From Acidobacteriota bacterium (lineage in GTDB: Bacteria > Acidobacteriota > UBA890 > WLXD01), in NCBI GenBank assembly GCA_963666215.2, contig CAXWPL010000005.1, forward strand, positions 1,216,001 to 1,280,000: a stretch of 64,000 bases of DNA, written 5' to 3'. Made by a program: the position numbers and the translations under genes. Positions 22,347-33,055 of the stretch are shown in pieces. Position 1 is the first letter of the stretch. Every line of letters begins with the position of its first letter. The notes beneath the pieces are model-generated. The model made no database searches, had not been told where the DNA came from, and was given only the letters and a program-made list of their open reading frames with translations.

Positions 22347-24388
22347 CGACCGATCAGGGCCTTGGCACGCGCCACCACGTTGTCGACATGGAAGCCGAAC
22401 TTCTCCATGTTCACGGCGCCCGGAGCCGATGCACCGAAGCGATCGATGGCGATGACGTCGCCCGCGTCTCCGACGTAGCGCTCCCAGCCCAGCGAAACAC
22501 CCGCCTCCACCGCCAAGCGAGCGGTCACCGTCGGGGGCAGCACGCTGTCGCGGTACTCAGGCGTTTGCTCCTCGAAGAGCTCCCAGCTCGGCAGGCTGAC
22601 GACGCGTACCGACACGCCCTCAGCAGCCAATCGAGCGCCGGCATCGATGATCAGCCCGACCTCCGAGCCGCTGGCAATCAGCACGAGATCAGGTTCGTCG
22701 CCCGCCTCGGCCTCGAACACGTATCCCCCCCGCCCGAGCAGAGAGTGATCTTGGCTATTTGCAAAAACCCGAAGCTTCTGGCGAGTCAACACGAGCGCCG
22801 TCGGGCGATCACGCGACTCGATTGCCACCCGCCATGCGGCCGCGGTTTCGTTTGCATCGGCCGGTCGCAACACCAGCAGCCCGGGAATCGCACGCAGTGC
22901 GGCGAGATGCTCAACGGGCTGGTGCGTGGGGCCATCTTCACCGAGGCCGATGCTGTCGTGCGTATAGACGTAGATCACAGGCTGCCGCATCAAGGCGGCT
23001 AGCCGCACCGCCGGACGCATGTAGTCGGAGAAAATCAGGAACGTCCCGCCGTAGGGCCGCAGGCCGCCGTGCAGCGACATGCCGTTGAGCACCGCGCCCA
23101 TGCCGTGCTCTCGGACGCCGAAGCGTATGTTGCGGTGGAACCGGGCGTCGGCGCTGAAGTCGCCCGAGCCGGAGATCTCGGTCTTGTTCGACGGCGCCAG
23201 GTCGGCCGAGCCTCCCATCAACTCGGGAAGAACCAGCGCCGCGCCGTTGAGCGCCTTGCCGGACGCGGCGCGCGTGGCCAGCGGGCCGTCATCGGGCTCG
23301 AAGCGTGGCAGCGATTCCTGCCAGTCGGCCGGCAGCCCACCGTCTAGACGACGACGAAGCTCCCCGGCCGCCTCTGGGAGCGCCTGCGCGTAGGCACGGT
23401 AGGAAGACTCCCACGACTCCTGCAACGAACGGCCGCGCTCCGCCAAGCCAGAGAAGTGCTCGGCGACTTCGACTGGAATGTGGAAGGCGGGCTCCTCGGG
23501 CCACCCGAGGTTGCTCTTGGTGAGCGCCAGTTCCTCGTCGCCCAGCGGCTCTCCATGCGCCGACGAGCTGTTCTGCTTGTTCGGACTGCCAAAACCGATC
23601 TGCGTTTTCACGGCGATCAGCGACGGTCGAGGATCCTCGCCCGCGACTTGAATCGCGCGATCGATGGCACCCACGTCGTTGCCGTCGACGACGGTCTGGA
23701 CGTGCCACCCATAGGCGGCGAAGCGAGCGGCGACGTCCTCGCTGAAGGCCAACGACGTTTCGCCGTCGATCGTAATGCCGTTGTCGTCGTATAGAACCGT
23801 GAGCTTACCGAGACGCAGGTGCCCGGCGAGCGACGCCGCCTCGGCGTGTACGCCCTCCATGAGGTCGCCGTCACTGGCAATCGCGTAGGTCCAGTGGTCG
23901 ACAATCGTGTGACCGTCGAGATTGAACTCGGCGGCCAGCCTCGCCTCGGCCAGCGCCATCCCCACCGCGTTACCGAAGCCCTGCCCGAGGGGCCCAGTGG
24001 TCGTCTCGACACCGGCGGTCTCGCGGTACTCGGGGTGACCCGGCGTGTGGCTTCCCCACTGGCGGAAATTCTTGAGTTGCTCCAGAGGGAGATCGTGGCC
24101 TGTCAAGTGCAGCAGCGAGTAGAGCAGCATCGAGCCGTGCCCGGCGGAAAGCACGAAACGATCGCGATTTGCCCAGCCAGGATCAGCGGGATTCAGGCGC
24201 AGGTGGCGAGTCCACAGCACATAGGCCATGGCTGCGGCACCCATCGGCAGGCCTGGGTGGCCGCTGCGTGCTTGCTGAACGCCGTCGGCCGAGAGCATGC
24301 GAATGGTGTTGATTGCCAGCAGGTCGAGGCGCTCGGCCTCGGTTGGCGGTGAACTCGAGGAGACTCCAGGGGACGCTTCGATACTCAT
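22343..24388 (-). CDS. tkt: Transketolase
   Basis: [36 protein letters not shown]. Confidence 0.97.
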   Translation of the reverse strand: MSIEASPGVSSSSPPTEAERLDLLAINTIRMLSADGVQQARSGHPGLPMGAAAMAYVLWTRHLRLNPADPGWANRDRFVLSAGHGSMLLYSLLHLTGHDLPLEQLKNFRQWGSHTPGHPEYRETAGVETTTGPLGQGFGNAVGMALAEARLAAEFNLDGHTIVDHWTYAIASDGDLMEGVHAEAASLAGHLRLGKLTVLYDDNGITIDGETSLAFSEDVAARFAAYGWHVQTVVDGNDVGAIDRAIQVAGEDPRPSLIAVKTQIGFGSPNKQNSSSAHGEPLGDEELALTKSNLGWPEEPAFHIPVEVAEHFSGLAERGRSLQESWESSYRAYAQALPEAAGELRRRLDGGLPADWQESLPRFEPDDGPLATRAASGKALNGAALVLPELMGGSADLAPSNKTEISGSGDFSADARFHRNIRFGVREHGMGAVLNGMSLHGGLRPYGGTFLIFSDYMRPAVRLAALMRQPVIYVYTHDSIGLGEDGPTHQPVEHLAALRAIPGLLVLRPADANETAAAWRVAIESRDRPTALVLTRQKLRVFANSQDHSLLGRGGYVFEAEAGDEPDLVLIASGSEVGLIIDAGARLAAEGVSVRVVSLPSWELFEEQTPEYRDSVLPPTVTARLAVEAGVSLGWERYVGDAGDVIAIDRFGASAPGAVNMEKFGFHVDNVVARAKALIGR

Positions 24389-24710
24389 CGACCTGCCACG
24401 GCTTGAAAAATCGGGTTCACGAGGACGCTAGGCTCGCTCGGCAGCGGCAGCCGGCGAACCGCTCTTTAACAGCAGCGTTTCTTGCCGTCGCAGGTGCCAT
24501 TCGCGGCCAGGACTGGCTCAGAGTGCTCTGCGTCATCGCCGGAGTCAAACGAGGCCAGAAAGGTGTTCGATCGGGGTCGCCAGATTGCTACGATCGACTC
24601 TCGTCGGGGCCGGCAGCGCTTTGCGACAGGCCAACTCGCCGCCCGCCAGGCGCGTCATCGCGTCTGACGGACCGTGCCCACATTATCCTTGTCGCCGCCG
24701 TTCGAACCGC

Positions 24711-26120
24711 ATGCAGAAGCGCCTGCTTTTCTCCGTCGTGCTCTCCCTCACGGTGGCCGCCTGTTCCCCGGCGTCTGGCCCCTTCGACCTGAGCTTCGAC
24801 GTCGCCCCCAACGCGGCGGGTGCCGAGATCTCGGTACTCGTCCGAGGAGGCAACCCCCGCGCCGCGTGGGTCGGATTTGCGGCGGGGCCTGGCGCCCCAG
24901 TCAGCGTTGTCGAGCGCGCAACCAACGTACGAGCCACGAGCCTGGCGGGAGAGAGCCTGGCGATCGCCAGGCTCGCCGACGGCGCCTACCGCGTCGATCA
25001 CCCGGGGCTTACCTGGCGTCTGAGCTACGAGCTCTCTGTGAAGCCGCTCCCAGGAGCAGAGACGTTCTACAGAACGAGCGTGCGTGGGCCGGATCTGCTT
25101 GTGCTCGTGGGCTCCGACGCGCTGCCGCGGTTCTACGTGGAGGCGAGCGGCGTGGAGTCGCCGCCCTACGAACGTGCCGCCGGGCCGGTTGCCGCGGCCC
25201 GCGTCGCCTTCGCTCTGCCGCAGGATTGGCGTGTGGCCACCACCGCCAGAGCTCTCGACCGTCAAACGTTTGAGCTCGACGAGCACCCGGTCGGTAGTGT
25301 TTTCGCCGTCGGCCCCTATGAATTGCTGCCGGCAATCAACGGCCTACGCATCGCTGTGCACCGAGACTGGCACGTCATGCCCAACGCGATCGCCGGGATG
25401 ACCGACGATCTGCTGACCGCCCTGGAAGGCGAGCTCGGACGCCCAACCGAAGCCGCGGCGCTGGCGCTGATGAATCCGCTGCCCGATCTCGGTGTGGAGG
25501 CGCGTGGACTGCAAACTGCCGGCATGGTTCGCGGCGAGACGCTCGTTCTTTATGCCGGCGCTACCGCCGCCGCACACAACAACGCCGATATCGTCCGCGA
25601 CGCAATGGCGGTGTTCGTGGGCCACGAGCTCTTCCACCTGTACGTCCCGTCGAGGGTCCAGGTCTCGCGCGAGCTCTCCTGGCTCTCGGAGGGCTGGGCG
25701 ATGCACATGGGCAAGCGGGCAGCCGTGGCGGCCGGTTGGCTGAGCGAAGACAGCTCGCGCGAGCGACTGCACTCGGCGTATCGCCGCTACATCGATATCG
25801 GCGGCTACCGTGCCGGGAGTCTTCCAGCGGCGAGCATGGGCACCGAGAGTCAACGCGACCTGCTGTACGTCCGCGGTGAGCTGGTGTTCGCTCTCTTGGC
25901 GGAAGAGTGGCGACGCTCGGGCAGATCTTCGGGAGACCCCCGATCATTCGAACAGTCGCTTTGGCATCGACTGATTGACGCGTCGAGCGGCAACGATGTG
26001 CTGACCCTCGAGCAGGTTCGAGCCGTGCTGAACGAGCTCGTGCGCCCGCTGACGGTGCGGCGCTACGTCGAGGGCACGGCACCGATTACGCTGCCGGCGC
26101 TCGGCCTGCCGCTCCACTAG
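24711..26120 (+). CDS. Gluzincin (M61/M1-like) metallopeptidase lipoprotein
   Basis: Lipobox VAAC, HELFH...WLSEG, LYVRG. Confidence 0.75.
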   Translation: MQKRLLFSVVLSLTVAACSPASGPFDLSFDVAPNAAGAEISVLVRGGNPRAAWVGFAAGPGAPVSVVERATNVRATSLAGESLAIARLADGAYRVDHPGLTWRLSYELSVKPLPGAETFYRTSVRGPDLLVLVGSDALPRFYVEASGVESPPYERAAGPVAAARVAFALPQDWRVATTARALDRQTFELDEHPVGSVFAVGPYELLPAINGLRIAVHRDWHVMPNAIAGMTDDLLTALEGELGRPTEAAALALMNPLPDLGVEARGLQTAGMVRGETLVLYAGATAAAHNNADIVRDAMAVFVGHELFHLYVPSRVQVSRELSWLSEGWAMHMGKRAAVAAGWLSEDSSRERLHSAYRRYIDIGGYRAGSLPAASMGTESQRDLLYVRGELVFALLAEEWRRSGRSSGDPRSFEQSLWHRLIDASSGNDVLTLEQVRAVLNELVRPLTVRRYVEGTAPITLPALGLPLH

Positions 26121-26138
26121 CGGGCCGTGAAGTTTGCC

Positions 26139-28157
26139 CTAGGCCGACTCGACCTCGCTGACGGCGGGCTCGGCACCAGCCAGTCCTTCGTACTGCAGAC
26201 GGTAGAGCGTGGCGTAGATCCCGTCCGCGGCCAGTAGCTCCTTGTGGCTCCCCTGTTCGCGGATCTCGCCGTGATGCAGCACGACGATGCGATCGACTTC
26301 GCGAATCGTCGACAACCGGTGCGCCACGATCAGCGCGGTGCGGTCGCCAATGAGGTGGTGCATCGCCCGCTGGATGCGCGACTCCGTTTCGGAGTCGACG
26401 CTCGAGGTGGCCTCGTCGAGAATGAGAACCTGAGGATCGCGTGACAGGGCGCGCGCAAAGGCAAGCAGCTGGCGCTCTCCGAACGACAGGTTCGAGCCCC
26501 GCTCGCCGAGACGCGTGTCGTAGCCTCGAGGCAGCTCATTGATGAACGGCGCAGCCTCCACCACGCGCGCGGCATTTTCGATGTCGGCGCGCTCGACGTC
26601 GCTCGAACCGAGGCCGATGTTGGCAGCGATCGTGTCGGTGAACAGAAACACGTCCTGCGGCACCATGCCGAAGAACCGTCGCACCGAGCGCAAGTCGAAC
26701 GAGTGCAAGTCGGCACCGTCGACGGAAACCGTTCCTGCTTGGGGCTCATAGAGGCGCTGGAGCAGCTTGATAACGGTGCTCTTACCGGAGCCGGTCGAGC
26801 CCACCAATGCGACTCTCTCGCCGCGACGGATGGTGAGGCTGAAGTTCTCGAGCACACGATCGCCCGCGAGATTGCCGGTGAGATCGGCCTCATCGCTGCC
26901 AACGTCGTCGGCTGCGGCGGGTACGGGCGGCGGCGTGGGCATAGGCCCCGCGGGAACGGGAGACGATCCGCTCGCCGACGCCTCCACCTCCGGCAGCTCG
27001 GCGCTCGGATAGGAAAACGACACGTTCTCGAAACGAATCGCGTCGTCGAACGAGCGCAGCTGCGGCTGATCGAGACCGGTCGCGATGACCGGGTCGACGT
27101 CGAGAAGTCCGAAGATCTTCTTGCTGGCGGCCGCCGCTCGTTGCAGCGTGTCGTACTTGTCGGATAGGTCCTCGATGGGCATGTAGAACCGTCGCAGGTA
27201 CTCCAGGAACTGTACGAGGATCCCGACGGTAAGCGCACCGCCGATCACGCCAAAGCCACCGTAGGCAATCACGATCGCGGTCGACACTGTCGTCGCCGCC
27301 TGAACGGTCGCCGACAAGAACGACGAGTAGCGCACTGCGCGCAGGTCGATCTCCAGCAACTCGCCCCGCAAGTCGGCGAACTCGCCCTGGTTGCGCTTCT
27401 CCTGGCGAAACGACTGCACGATCTCCATGCCCGAGATCGTCTCTTGCAGGAAGGCGTTCAAGCGCGCCACGAACGTCCGCGAGCGATCGTAGGTGTCGCG
27501 CAGACGGGCGCGCAGAAAGCCGAGGGTCAACACCACGAACGGGAAGACCACGAACGAGGCAAGAGTCAGCCTCCAGTCCACCCAGACCATCACGAACACG
27601 ATGCCGATCAGGGAGACCACGTCGCGCGCCATGGAGACGATCCCCTGAGACACGAGCTCGTTGAGCGTTTCGACATCGCTGGTTACGCGCGTCATGATGC
27701 GGCCGACCGGATTGCGGTCGAAGAACGAAAGCGACAGCCGCTGGATGTGCTCGAAAACCGCCATCCGCAGGTCGTGCATGATGCGCTGGCCGGCCAGCTG
27801 CGTGACGTAGATCTGCACGAAGCGCAGGCCCAGCTCCACGATCTGAATCGCGAAGAAGATCGCTACCAGCCCCCACAGACCGGTGAGGCTTCCCGCCTGG
27901 CCCGACATTGCCGGCGAGATGTGATTGTCGATGGCAAGGCGCAGAATGAACGGCGTGGCCAGCTGTGCGCCGGCCAGCAATGGCAGCGTCAGCCCGGCAA
28001 CCACAAGCAGCCGCCGGTGTTGCGTGACGAAAGGCCGCAGGCGTGTGAGCACGCGCAGGTTGCGGGTGCGGTTATCTCCCTGCTCGAGAGCAGCGGGTGT
28101 GGCGCCGCCACTCGAGCCGCCTGGGCGGCTCGCTCGGGTTGTGCCCGCGGAGCTCAT
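26139..28157 (-). CDS. ABC exporter, fused TMD-NBD
   Basis: GSTGSGKS, LSFGERQ, ILDEATS. Confidence 0.95.
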   Translation of the reverse strand: MSSAGTTRASRPGGSSGGATPAALEQGDNRTRNLRVLTRLRPFVTQHRRLLVVAGLTLPLLAGAQLATPFILRLAIDNHISPAMSGQAGSLTGLWGLVAIFFAIQIVELGLRFVQIYVTQLAGQRIMHDLRMAVFEHIQRLSLSFFDRNPVGRIMTRVTSDVETLNELVSQGIVSMARDVVSLIGIVFVMVWVDWRLTLASFVVFPFVVLTLGFLRARLRDTYDRSRTFVARLNAFLQETISGMEIVQSFRQEKRNQGEFADLRGELLEIDLRAVRYSSFLSATVQAATTVSTAIVIAYGGFGVIGGALTVGILVQFLEYLRRFYMPIEDLSDKYDTLQRAAAASKKIFGLLDVDPVIATGLDQPQLRSFDDAIRFENVSFSYPSAELPEVEASASGSSPVPAGPMPTPPPVPAAADDVGSDEADLTGNLAGDRVLENFSLTIRRGERVALVGSTGSGKSTVIKLLQRLYEPQAGTVSVDGADLHSFDLRSVRRFFGMVPQDVFLFTDTIAANIGLGSSDVERADIENAARVVEAAPFINELPRGYDTRLGERGSNLSFGERQLLAFARALSRDPQVLILDEATSSVDSETESRIQRAMHHLIGDRTALIVAHRLSTIREVDRIVVLHHGEIREQGSHKELLAADGIYATLYRLQYEGLAGAEPAVSEVESA

Positions 28158-30013
28158 CCGTACGCCTCGAGGCGTGCCGAGAGCTGTTGCTGTTCGTACA
28201 TCGAAGCGTACAGCCCAGGACGAGCGATGAGCTCCGAGTGGCGGCCGCTGTCGATCACCCGCCCGGCGTCGAATACGTAGATACGATCGGCGTCTTGGAC
28301 CGCGGTGATTCGGTTGCTCGCGGCAATGACGGTGCGCTCGCCCCGTGCCGAGGCCAGTGCCCCCAAGATCTCGTGCTCGGTCTCGGTGTCGACATTCGAC
28401 AGCGCGTTGTCGAGCAGCAGTATGGGTGCATCGCGCAGTAGCGCTCTTGCCAGCGCCGTGCGCTGCCGCTGGCCGCCCGAGAGGTTCAGGCCGCGCTCTC
28501 CCGCCTGTGTATCGAGGCCACGCGCAAGCCCAGAAGTACCCGGACGCAGCCCCGCGGCTGAAGCCGCCCCTTCGATTGCGTGCAGAGGCGCGTCGGGAAC
28601 CCCGTAGGCGACGTTGTCGCGCACGGAGGCCGAAAACAAGAAGTCGTCCTGGGGCACGTAGGCGATGGCGTCGCGCAGCGATTCCAAACGCATCTGCAGC
28701 ACGTCAACGCCATCAACGAAGACCGTCCCGGCCGGTAGTTCGAGGAAGCGCGCCAGAGCTTTGAGCAGCGTGCTCTTTCCGGATCCCACGCGCCCGACGA
28801 GCGCGATGAGCTGCCCCGGACTGGCCTCGAAATCGACGCCGACGAGCGCCGGCCGCCTCGACTCCGCGTGGCCCTCCGAATCGTCGTCCATGACCGCCGT
28901 GTACGCGGCGATCGCGTCGTCGTAACGGAAGGTCAGGTCGCGAACCTCCACGCGTCCGGCGAGCACCGAGGGCTCCACGGCATCGGCGGCGGAAGCGATT
29001 GTCGTGGGCGCCCGAAGAATGCCGTCGAGACGCTCCATCGCCGCGGCGCCGCGCTGGACGAGGCTGAGAATCCAACCGAACGCGACGGTCGGGAACACCA
29101 TCATGGTCACGTAGCTCAAGAACGCCACGAGATCGCCCAGCGAAACGATACCGCGCGTGGCGAGCGGCGCACCGACGAGCAGAACGCCGATGTACGACAG
29201 GCCGCCGCCGAGCCCAATGAGGGGGATCATCTGCGCCCGTGTCCACGACTCCTTGAGCGCCCAATCGACGTAAGCGTCGGATCGCGCCTCGAACCGCCTC
29301 ACTTGCGGCTCCTCGATGGCGAACGCGCGGACGACCGACGCGCCCGACAGGTTTTCTTGCACCACGCTGTTGAGATCGCTGAGCGCTCGGCGCGAGCCCA
29401 ACGCGTAGGCGCGCACTTTGTGGACCATGCTGCGGACCACCCACGCCATCAGCGGTAGTGGCGCAAGCACCACCAACGTGAGCTGCCAGCTCAACGACAC
29501 CATGAAGCCAACGCCGAGCACGTAGATCAGCAGCGCGTTGGCGAAATACAGCACCCCGGGACCACCCAGTGCCCGCACCAGGGTCACGTCGTTGGTCATG
29601 CGCGACATCAAATCGCCGGTGCTCAGCGCGTCGTAGAAGCTCGGCGAGAGCCGCACCAGACGCTCATGCAGCAGGCCCTTGAGATCGTACTCGACGCGTC
29701 TCGAGGCCCCGAGCACGAAGATCCGCGACAGAATCCGGACCACCGACTGCGCCAAGGCGGCAACCGCGATGATCGTGGCCAGGCGCGTCAACTCCGAGCG
29801 CGAGGCTCCGGCCCGCAGAGCATCGACCGCCGCCCCGAAGACCCGCGGGATGGCCATGTAGATAGCGTTGGTCGCCAGCAACGCGAGCAGGCCGACGGCG
29901 TATGCCACCCGGTAGCGGGTGAACAGATGCAGATATTCCCGGAGGATGCTCAGCGACTGTCGTCCCGCGACTGCAACAGGTAAGCCCGCAGCGCGAACAG
30001 GTGCGGCCGCCAC
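28154..30013 (-). CDS. ABC exporter, fused TMD-NBD (heterodimer partner); start uncertain
   Basis: GRVGSGKS, LSGGQRQR, degenerate Walker B LLDN and switch ASN; ATGA-type overlap with partner. Confidence 0.9.
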   Translation of the reverse strand: MAAAPVRAAGLPVAVAGRQSLSILREYLHLFTRYRVAYAVGLLALLATNAIYMAIPRVFGAAVDALRAGASRSELTRLATIIAVAALAQSVVRILSRIFVLGASRRVEYDLKGLLHERLVRLSPSFYDALSTGDLMSRMTNDVTLVRALGGPGVLYFANALLIYVLGVGFMVSLSWQLTLVVLAPLPLMAWVVRSMVHKVRAYALGSRRALSDLNSVVQENLSGASVVRAFAIEEPQVRRFEARSDAYVDWALKESWTRAQMIPLIGLGGGLSYIGVLLVGAPLATRGIVSLGDLVAFLSYVTMMVFPTVAFGWILSLVQRGAAAMERLDGILRAPTTIASAADAVEPSVLAGRVEVRDLTFRYDDAIAAYTAVMDDDSEGHAESRRPALVGVDFEASPGQLIALVGRVGSGKSTLLKALARFLELPAGTVFVDGVDVLQMRLESLRDAIAYVPQDDFLFSASVRDNVAYGVPDAPLHAIEGAASAAGLRPGTSGLARGLDTQAGERGLNLSGGQRQRTALARALLRDAPILLLDNALSNVDTETEHEILGALASARGERTVIAASNRITAVQDADRIYVFDAGRVIDSGRHSELIARPGLYASMYEQQQLSARLEAYG

Positions 30014-30564
30014 GCCTGCAGCTGCGCCTCCATCTCCATGGCGTCACGGAAGCCGCTGTGCAGAAGACGCATCAATGTACCGCCGGTATCGAGCTCCTCG
30101 AACGTCAGCTCGACGCGCGTCTCATAGGAACCCTCCGCGGATGACTGCTCTGGCGGCAGCCACGTAAAGACAAGCCGTTGCGGCCTATCGATTTCGAGGT
30201 AATTGCCATGCCAGGTGCCATAGTCATCCCAGATCAAGTCGAAGCCCTCGCCCACGAGCACACGCATCTGCACCTCGTCGGGCGTGAGCCAGTCGAGCAC
30301 GTCGTTGGCGGTGGCCCAAGCGTCGTAGGCGACTTCCGGACTCACCGGCAAGCGCAGCGTCATCAGGATCACGCGATCGCTCGTCAGAATCGCCGACGCA
30401 GCCCCCTGCTGCGGTCGCAGAATCTGACTCGCGCCAGCGTCGATCTGCTGCGCCGCGGTCGGAGCGGCGGTGAGCATCCATAGCGAAAGCAGCGCGGCGT
30501 ACGGCGCGAGCCGCTCGCGCCCTAACCGGCCGGCTCGAAACGGTCGGCTGTTGTTTCCGTTCAT
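29950..30564 (-). CDS. Exported SRPBCC/AHSA1 domain protein
   Basis: Signal peptide, AYDAW..W, GNYLEIDRPQRLVFTW, LLHSGF. Confidence 0.8.
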   Translation of the reverse strand: MNGNNSRPFRAGRLGRERLAPYAALLSLWMLTAAPTAAQQIDAGASQILRPQQGAASAILTSDRVILMTLRLPVSPEVAYDAWATANDVLDWLTPDEVQMRVLVGEGFDLIWDDYGTWHGNYLEIDRPQRLVFTWLPPEQSSAEGSYETRVELTFEELDTGGTLMRLLHSGFRDAMEMEAQLQAWRPHLFALRAYLLQSRDDSR

Positions 30565-30644
30565 GACCCACTCCCTGATGGTGTGCGCGCGACACCGTGT
30601 TGACCACCCATCAACGACGTGCCCATGCTCCAACCATACCTATT

Positions 30645-31817
30645 TCAAATCACACCGGCCACGCGCCAAGCATCGATCTGGGCAGCGGTGTGACCCAGCT
30701 CGGTGAGCACTTCGTTGGTGTCCGACCCCAGCGCCGGCGGGGCCGTACGGACAACTCCGGGCGTGGCGCTCATCTTGACCGGGATGCCGGTAACCTCGAC
30801 GTCAGTACCCGGGATTGAAACCCTCATCTCTCGCTCGAAGGTCAGCGGATCGTCGAAGGCCTCTGCGGCCGACGTTACACGTCCGCAGGGAATGCTGGCG
30901 CCCTCGAGCGCCTGGAGCCATTCGGCAACCGGCGCGCAGGCGAAACGCTCGGTCAGCTTCTCGGTGAGGATCCCCCGATGCTGCACGCGATCGGAGTTGG
31001 TTGCAAAACGGTTGTCGTCGAGAAGATCTCGAGCGCTCAGGACCTCGCAGAAGCGGCCCCACGCGGCTTCGTTCCCCACGCCGACAACCAGCACTCCATC
31101 GGCCGCCTCGAACGTTTGATACGGGACGATGCTGGGATGCTCGTTGCCCATGCGGCGCGGCGCCTGTCCCGCCGACAGGTAGGCCTGCGCTTGGTAGGTG
31201 AACAGCGACATCAGCGCATCGCGCAACGCCACCTCGACCTTCTGCCCGCGTCGGGTTCGCTGGCGCGCAAGCAGTGCCAACAGCACACCCTGCACGAGGA
31301 CCAGGCCAGCCACCTCGTCGGCCAGAGAGATTCCGACCTTTGTGGGAGGGCCGTCTGCGGCACCCGTCATCTCCATCAGACCCGACTCCGCCTGCGCGAT
31401 CACGTCGAAGCTGGGGCGTGAGGCCGATTCTCCGCTGTCGCCATAGCCGTTGATCACTCCGTAGACGATCCGCGGGCACCTGCTCGCGACGCTCTCGTAG
31501 CCGAGCCCGAGCTGGTCCATCACTCCGGAGCGGAAGTTGGAGACCACGACGTCCGCCTGCCCGAGGAGCTGCCAAAGGATCGCGATCGCCGACTCTTCCT
31601 TGAGATTCAGCGTCATGCTGCGCTTGTTGCGATTCACGGCGAGGAAGTAGGTGCTCATCCCGTCATGGAACGGCGGTCCCCACGCCCGCGTGTCGTCGCC
31701 AGTCCCGGGGCGCTCGATCTTGAGTACGTCGGCGCCCATGTCCGCCAACGTCATGGTGGCGTACGGGCCCGCCAAGATACGCGTCAGGTCGACAACCCGG
31801 ATTCCCGTCAAAGGCAT
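30645..31817 (-). CDS. CaiB/BaiF family CoA transferase
   Basis: DLTRILAGP, LADMGADVLKIERP, NRNKRS. Confidence 0.95.
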   Translation of the reverse strand: MPLTGIRVVDLTRILAGPYATMTLADMGADVLKIERPGTGDDTRAWGPPFHDGMSTYFLAVNRNKRSMTLNLKEESAIAILWQLLGQADVVVSNFRSGVMDQLGLGYESVASRCPRIVYGVINGYGDSGESASRPSFDVIAQAESGLMEMTGAADGPPTKVGISLADEVAGLVLVQGVLLALLARQRTRRGQKVEVALRDALMSLFTYQAQAYLSAGQAPRRMGNEHPSIVPYQTFEAADGVLVVGVGNEAAWGRFCEVLSARDLLDDNRFATNSDRVQHRGILTEKLTERFACAPVAEWLQALEGASIPCGRVTSAAEAFDDPLTFEREMRVSIPGTDVEVTGIPVKMSATPGVVRTAPPALGSDTNEVLTELGHTAAQIDAWRVAGVI

Positions 31818-31933
31818 GGCCCGAGTTTACTGTCCACAGTCTCCGCGAGTCTTCGTGAGCCGCCAGCGGTCGTGCTCGGCCTGCTTCTTGCCAGGTGATC
31901 TGCGGGCTTTTCGGTCCCAGAGGGCCCCGCCGT

Positions 31934-31962
31934 TGGACATCTCGGGACGCCGTGGCTATCAT
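31934..31962 (+). promoter_or_regulatory. Putative sigma70 promoter
   Basis: TGGACA-N17-TATCAT upstream of RBS GGGAGG (31981). Confidence 0.55.
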
Positions 31963-31990
31963 GGCGCCGGGCCAATTGTTGGGAGGCACT

Positions 31991-32338
31991 TTGGCAATAC
32001 ACCGGCGCGCCCCTGCAGGGGCACCGTTCGAATTAGATGGCGAGTTCCTCGAGTGCGGGGACCGCGATGACGTAGCCTGCCGCACACTTTGGGCGGCCGT
32101 CATCCACAAGGCCATGAAAGACATGGCCTACGCGAGCGCCAAGCAAACCCAACTCGCCCTGTCCCCCAGCGAGCGCGAAAAGCTGCAACGGATCTACGAG
32201 CTCGACGCTCCCGAGAACTTCTTCGAGAGTCCCTGGTTCGATGAGATCTGTCGCTATCTCGCGCTGTCGCCGTCGTGCATCCGTACAGAAATCCTGGCGC
32301 GCTTCGCGACGCAGAACGGCGTACACAAACGGCTGTAG
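31991..32338 (+). CDS. Hypothetical protein, paralog 1 of local LWxxV..D/FxxxCxxLxxxP family
   Basis: GGGAGG plus TTG start; motifs shared with 34006 and 40260 ORFs. Confidence 0.75.
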   Translation: MAIHRRAPAGAPFELDGEFLECGDRDDVACRTLWAAVIHKAMKDMAYASAKQTQLALSPSEREKLQRIYELDAPENFFESPWFDEICRYLALSPSCIRTEILARFATQNGVHKRL

Positions 32339-32389
32339 TCCTCAGGCAGCCGTGCGTGAATGGCCGGCGCCATGGACGGTGAGCCCCTC

Positions 32390-33025
32390 CTAGCGAAGCC
32401 GCTCGCCCTTGATCGGCGCAATCCCGGCCATGGCCTCGCGTGACCCGTGCCGCAATACGGAAATCCGCGTCGGTCGCAGAGGGCGGAACATCTCCTCGAT
32501 CTCGCTCGTTGGTACGACGCGCGGTGTGAGGCCGGCGGATGAGGGCTCGAAGCGAAGACGATCCGCGCCAACGATGCTGTAGCGCAGCGGCGATGGTTGG
32601 CCACGGCCATCGCCATCGAAAATCGCGAACAGCGTGCCGCCGGGGATCAGGCGGCTGCTCAACCAGCCGACAAGCTCGCTAGCTTCGCGCGGCGGCAACA
32701 AGCCCATGACCGTCCAGCACAAGATGCCGCCAAAGCGGCGCCCCCGTCGCCCCAGCGCGTCGAGAGCCGCGAGGCCCGAGCGATCGACGGACTCCGACGA
32801 GTCCAAAGCTTCCGCGTTGCGCCGCGCCACGTAGTCGTACGCCGCGATCTTGTGTCCGCGGCGGGCCCAGAACATCAGGTTGCTGGGCATTGTCGGCCCG
32901 AGGTCGAGAACCTCCGCTTCGGGCCCCAGTCGGGCGACCATGGCCTCGAAGCGCTCGAACAGGTTCGAGGCGTACTCGCCCTCTGCAGCGCCCGAAGGCT
33001 CCGCCCCCGCGGTGCCAACCGTCAA
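32390..33025 (-). CDS. Class I SAM methyltransferase-like protein
   Basis: VLDLGP, GILCW, LIPGG; follows bactofilin. Confidence 0.65.
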   Translation of the reverse strand: MTVGTAGAEPSGAAEGEYASNLFERFEAMVARLGPEAEVLDLGPTMPSNLMFWARRGHKIAAYDYVARRNAEALDSSESVDRSGLAALDALGRRGRRFGGILCWTVMGLLPPREASELVGWLSSRLIPGGTLFAIFDGDGRGQPSPLRYSIVGADRLRFEPSSAGLTPRVVPTSEIEEMFRPLRPTRISVLRHGSREAMAGIAPIKGERLR

Positions 33026-33055
33026 CGGTAGGACAGGTCGATCAAGGGCCGCGAC

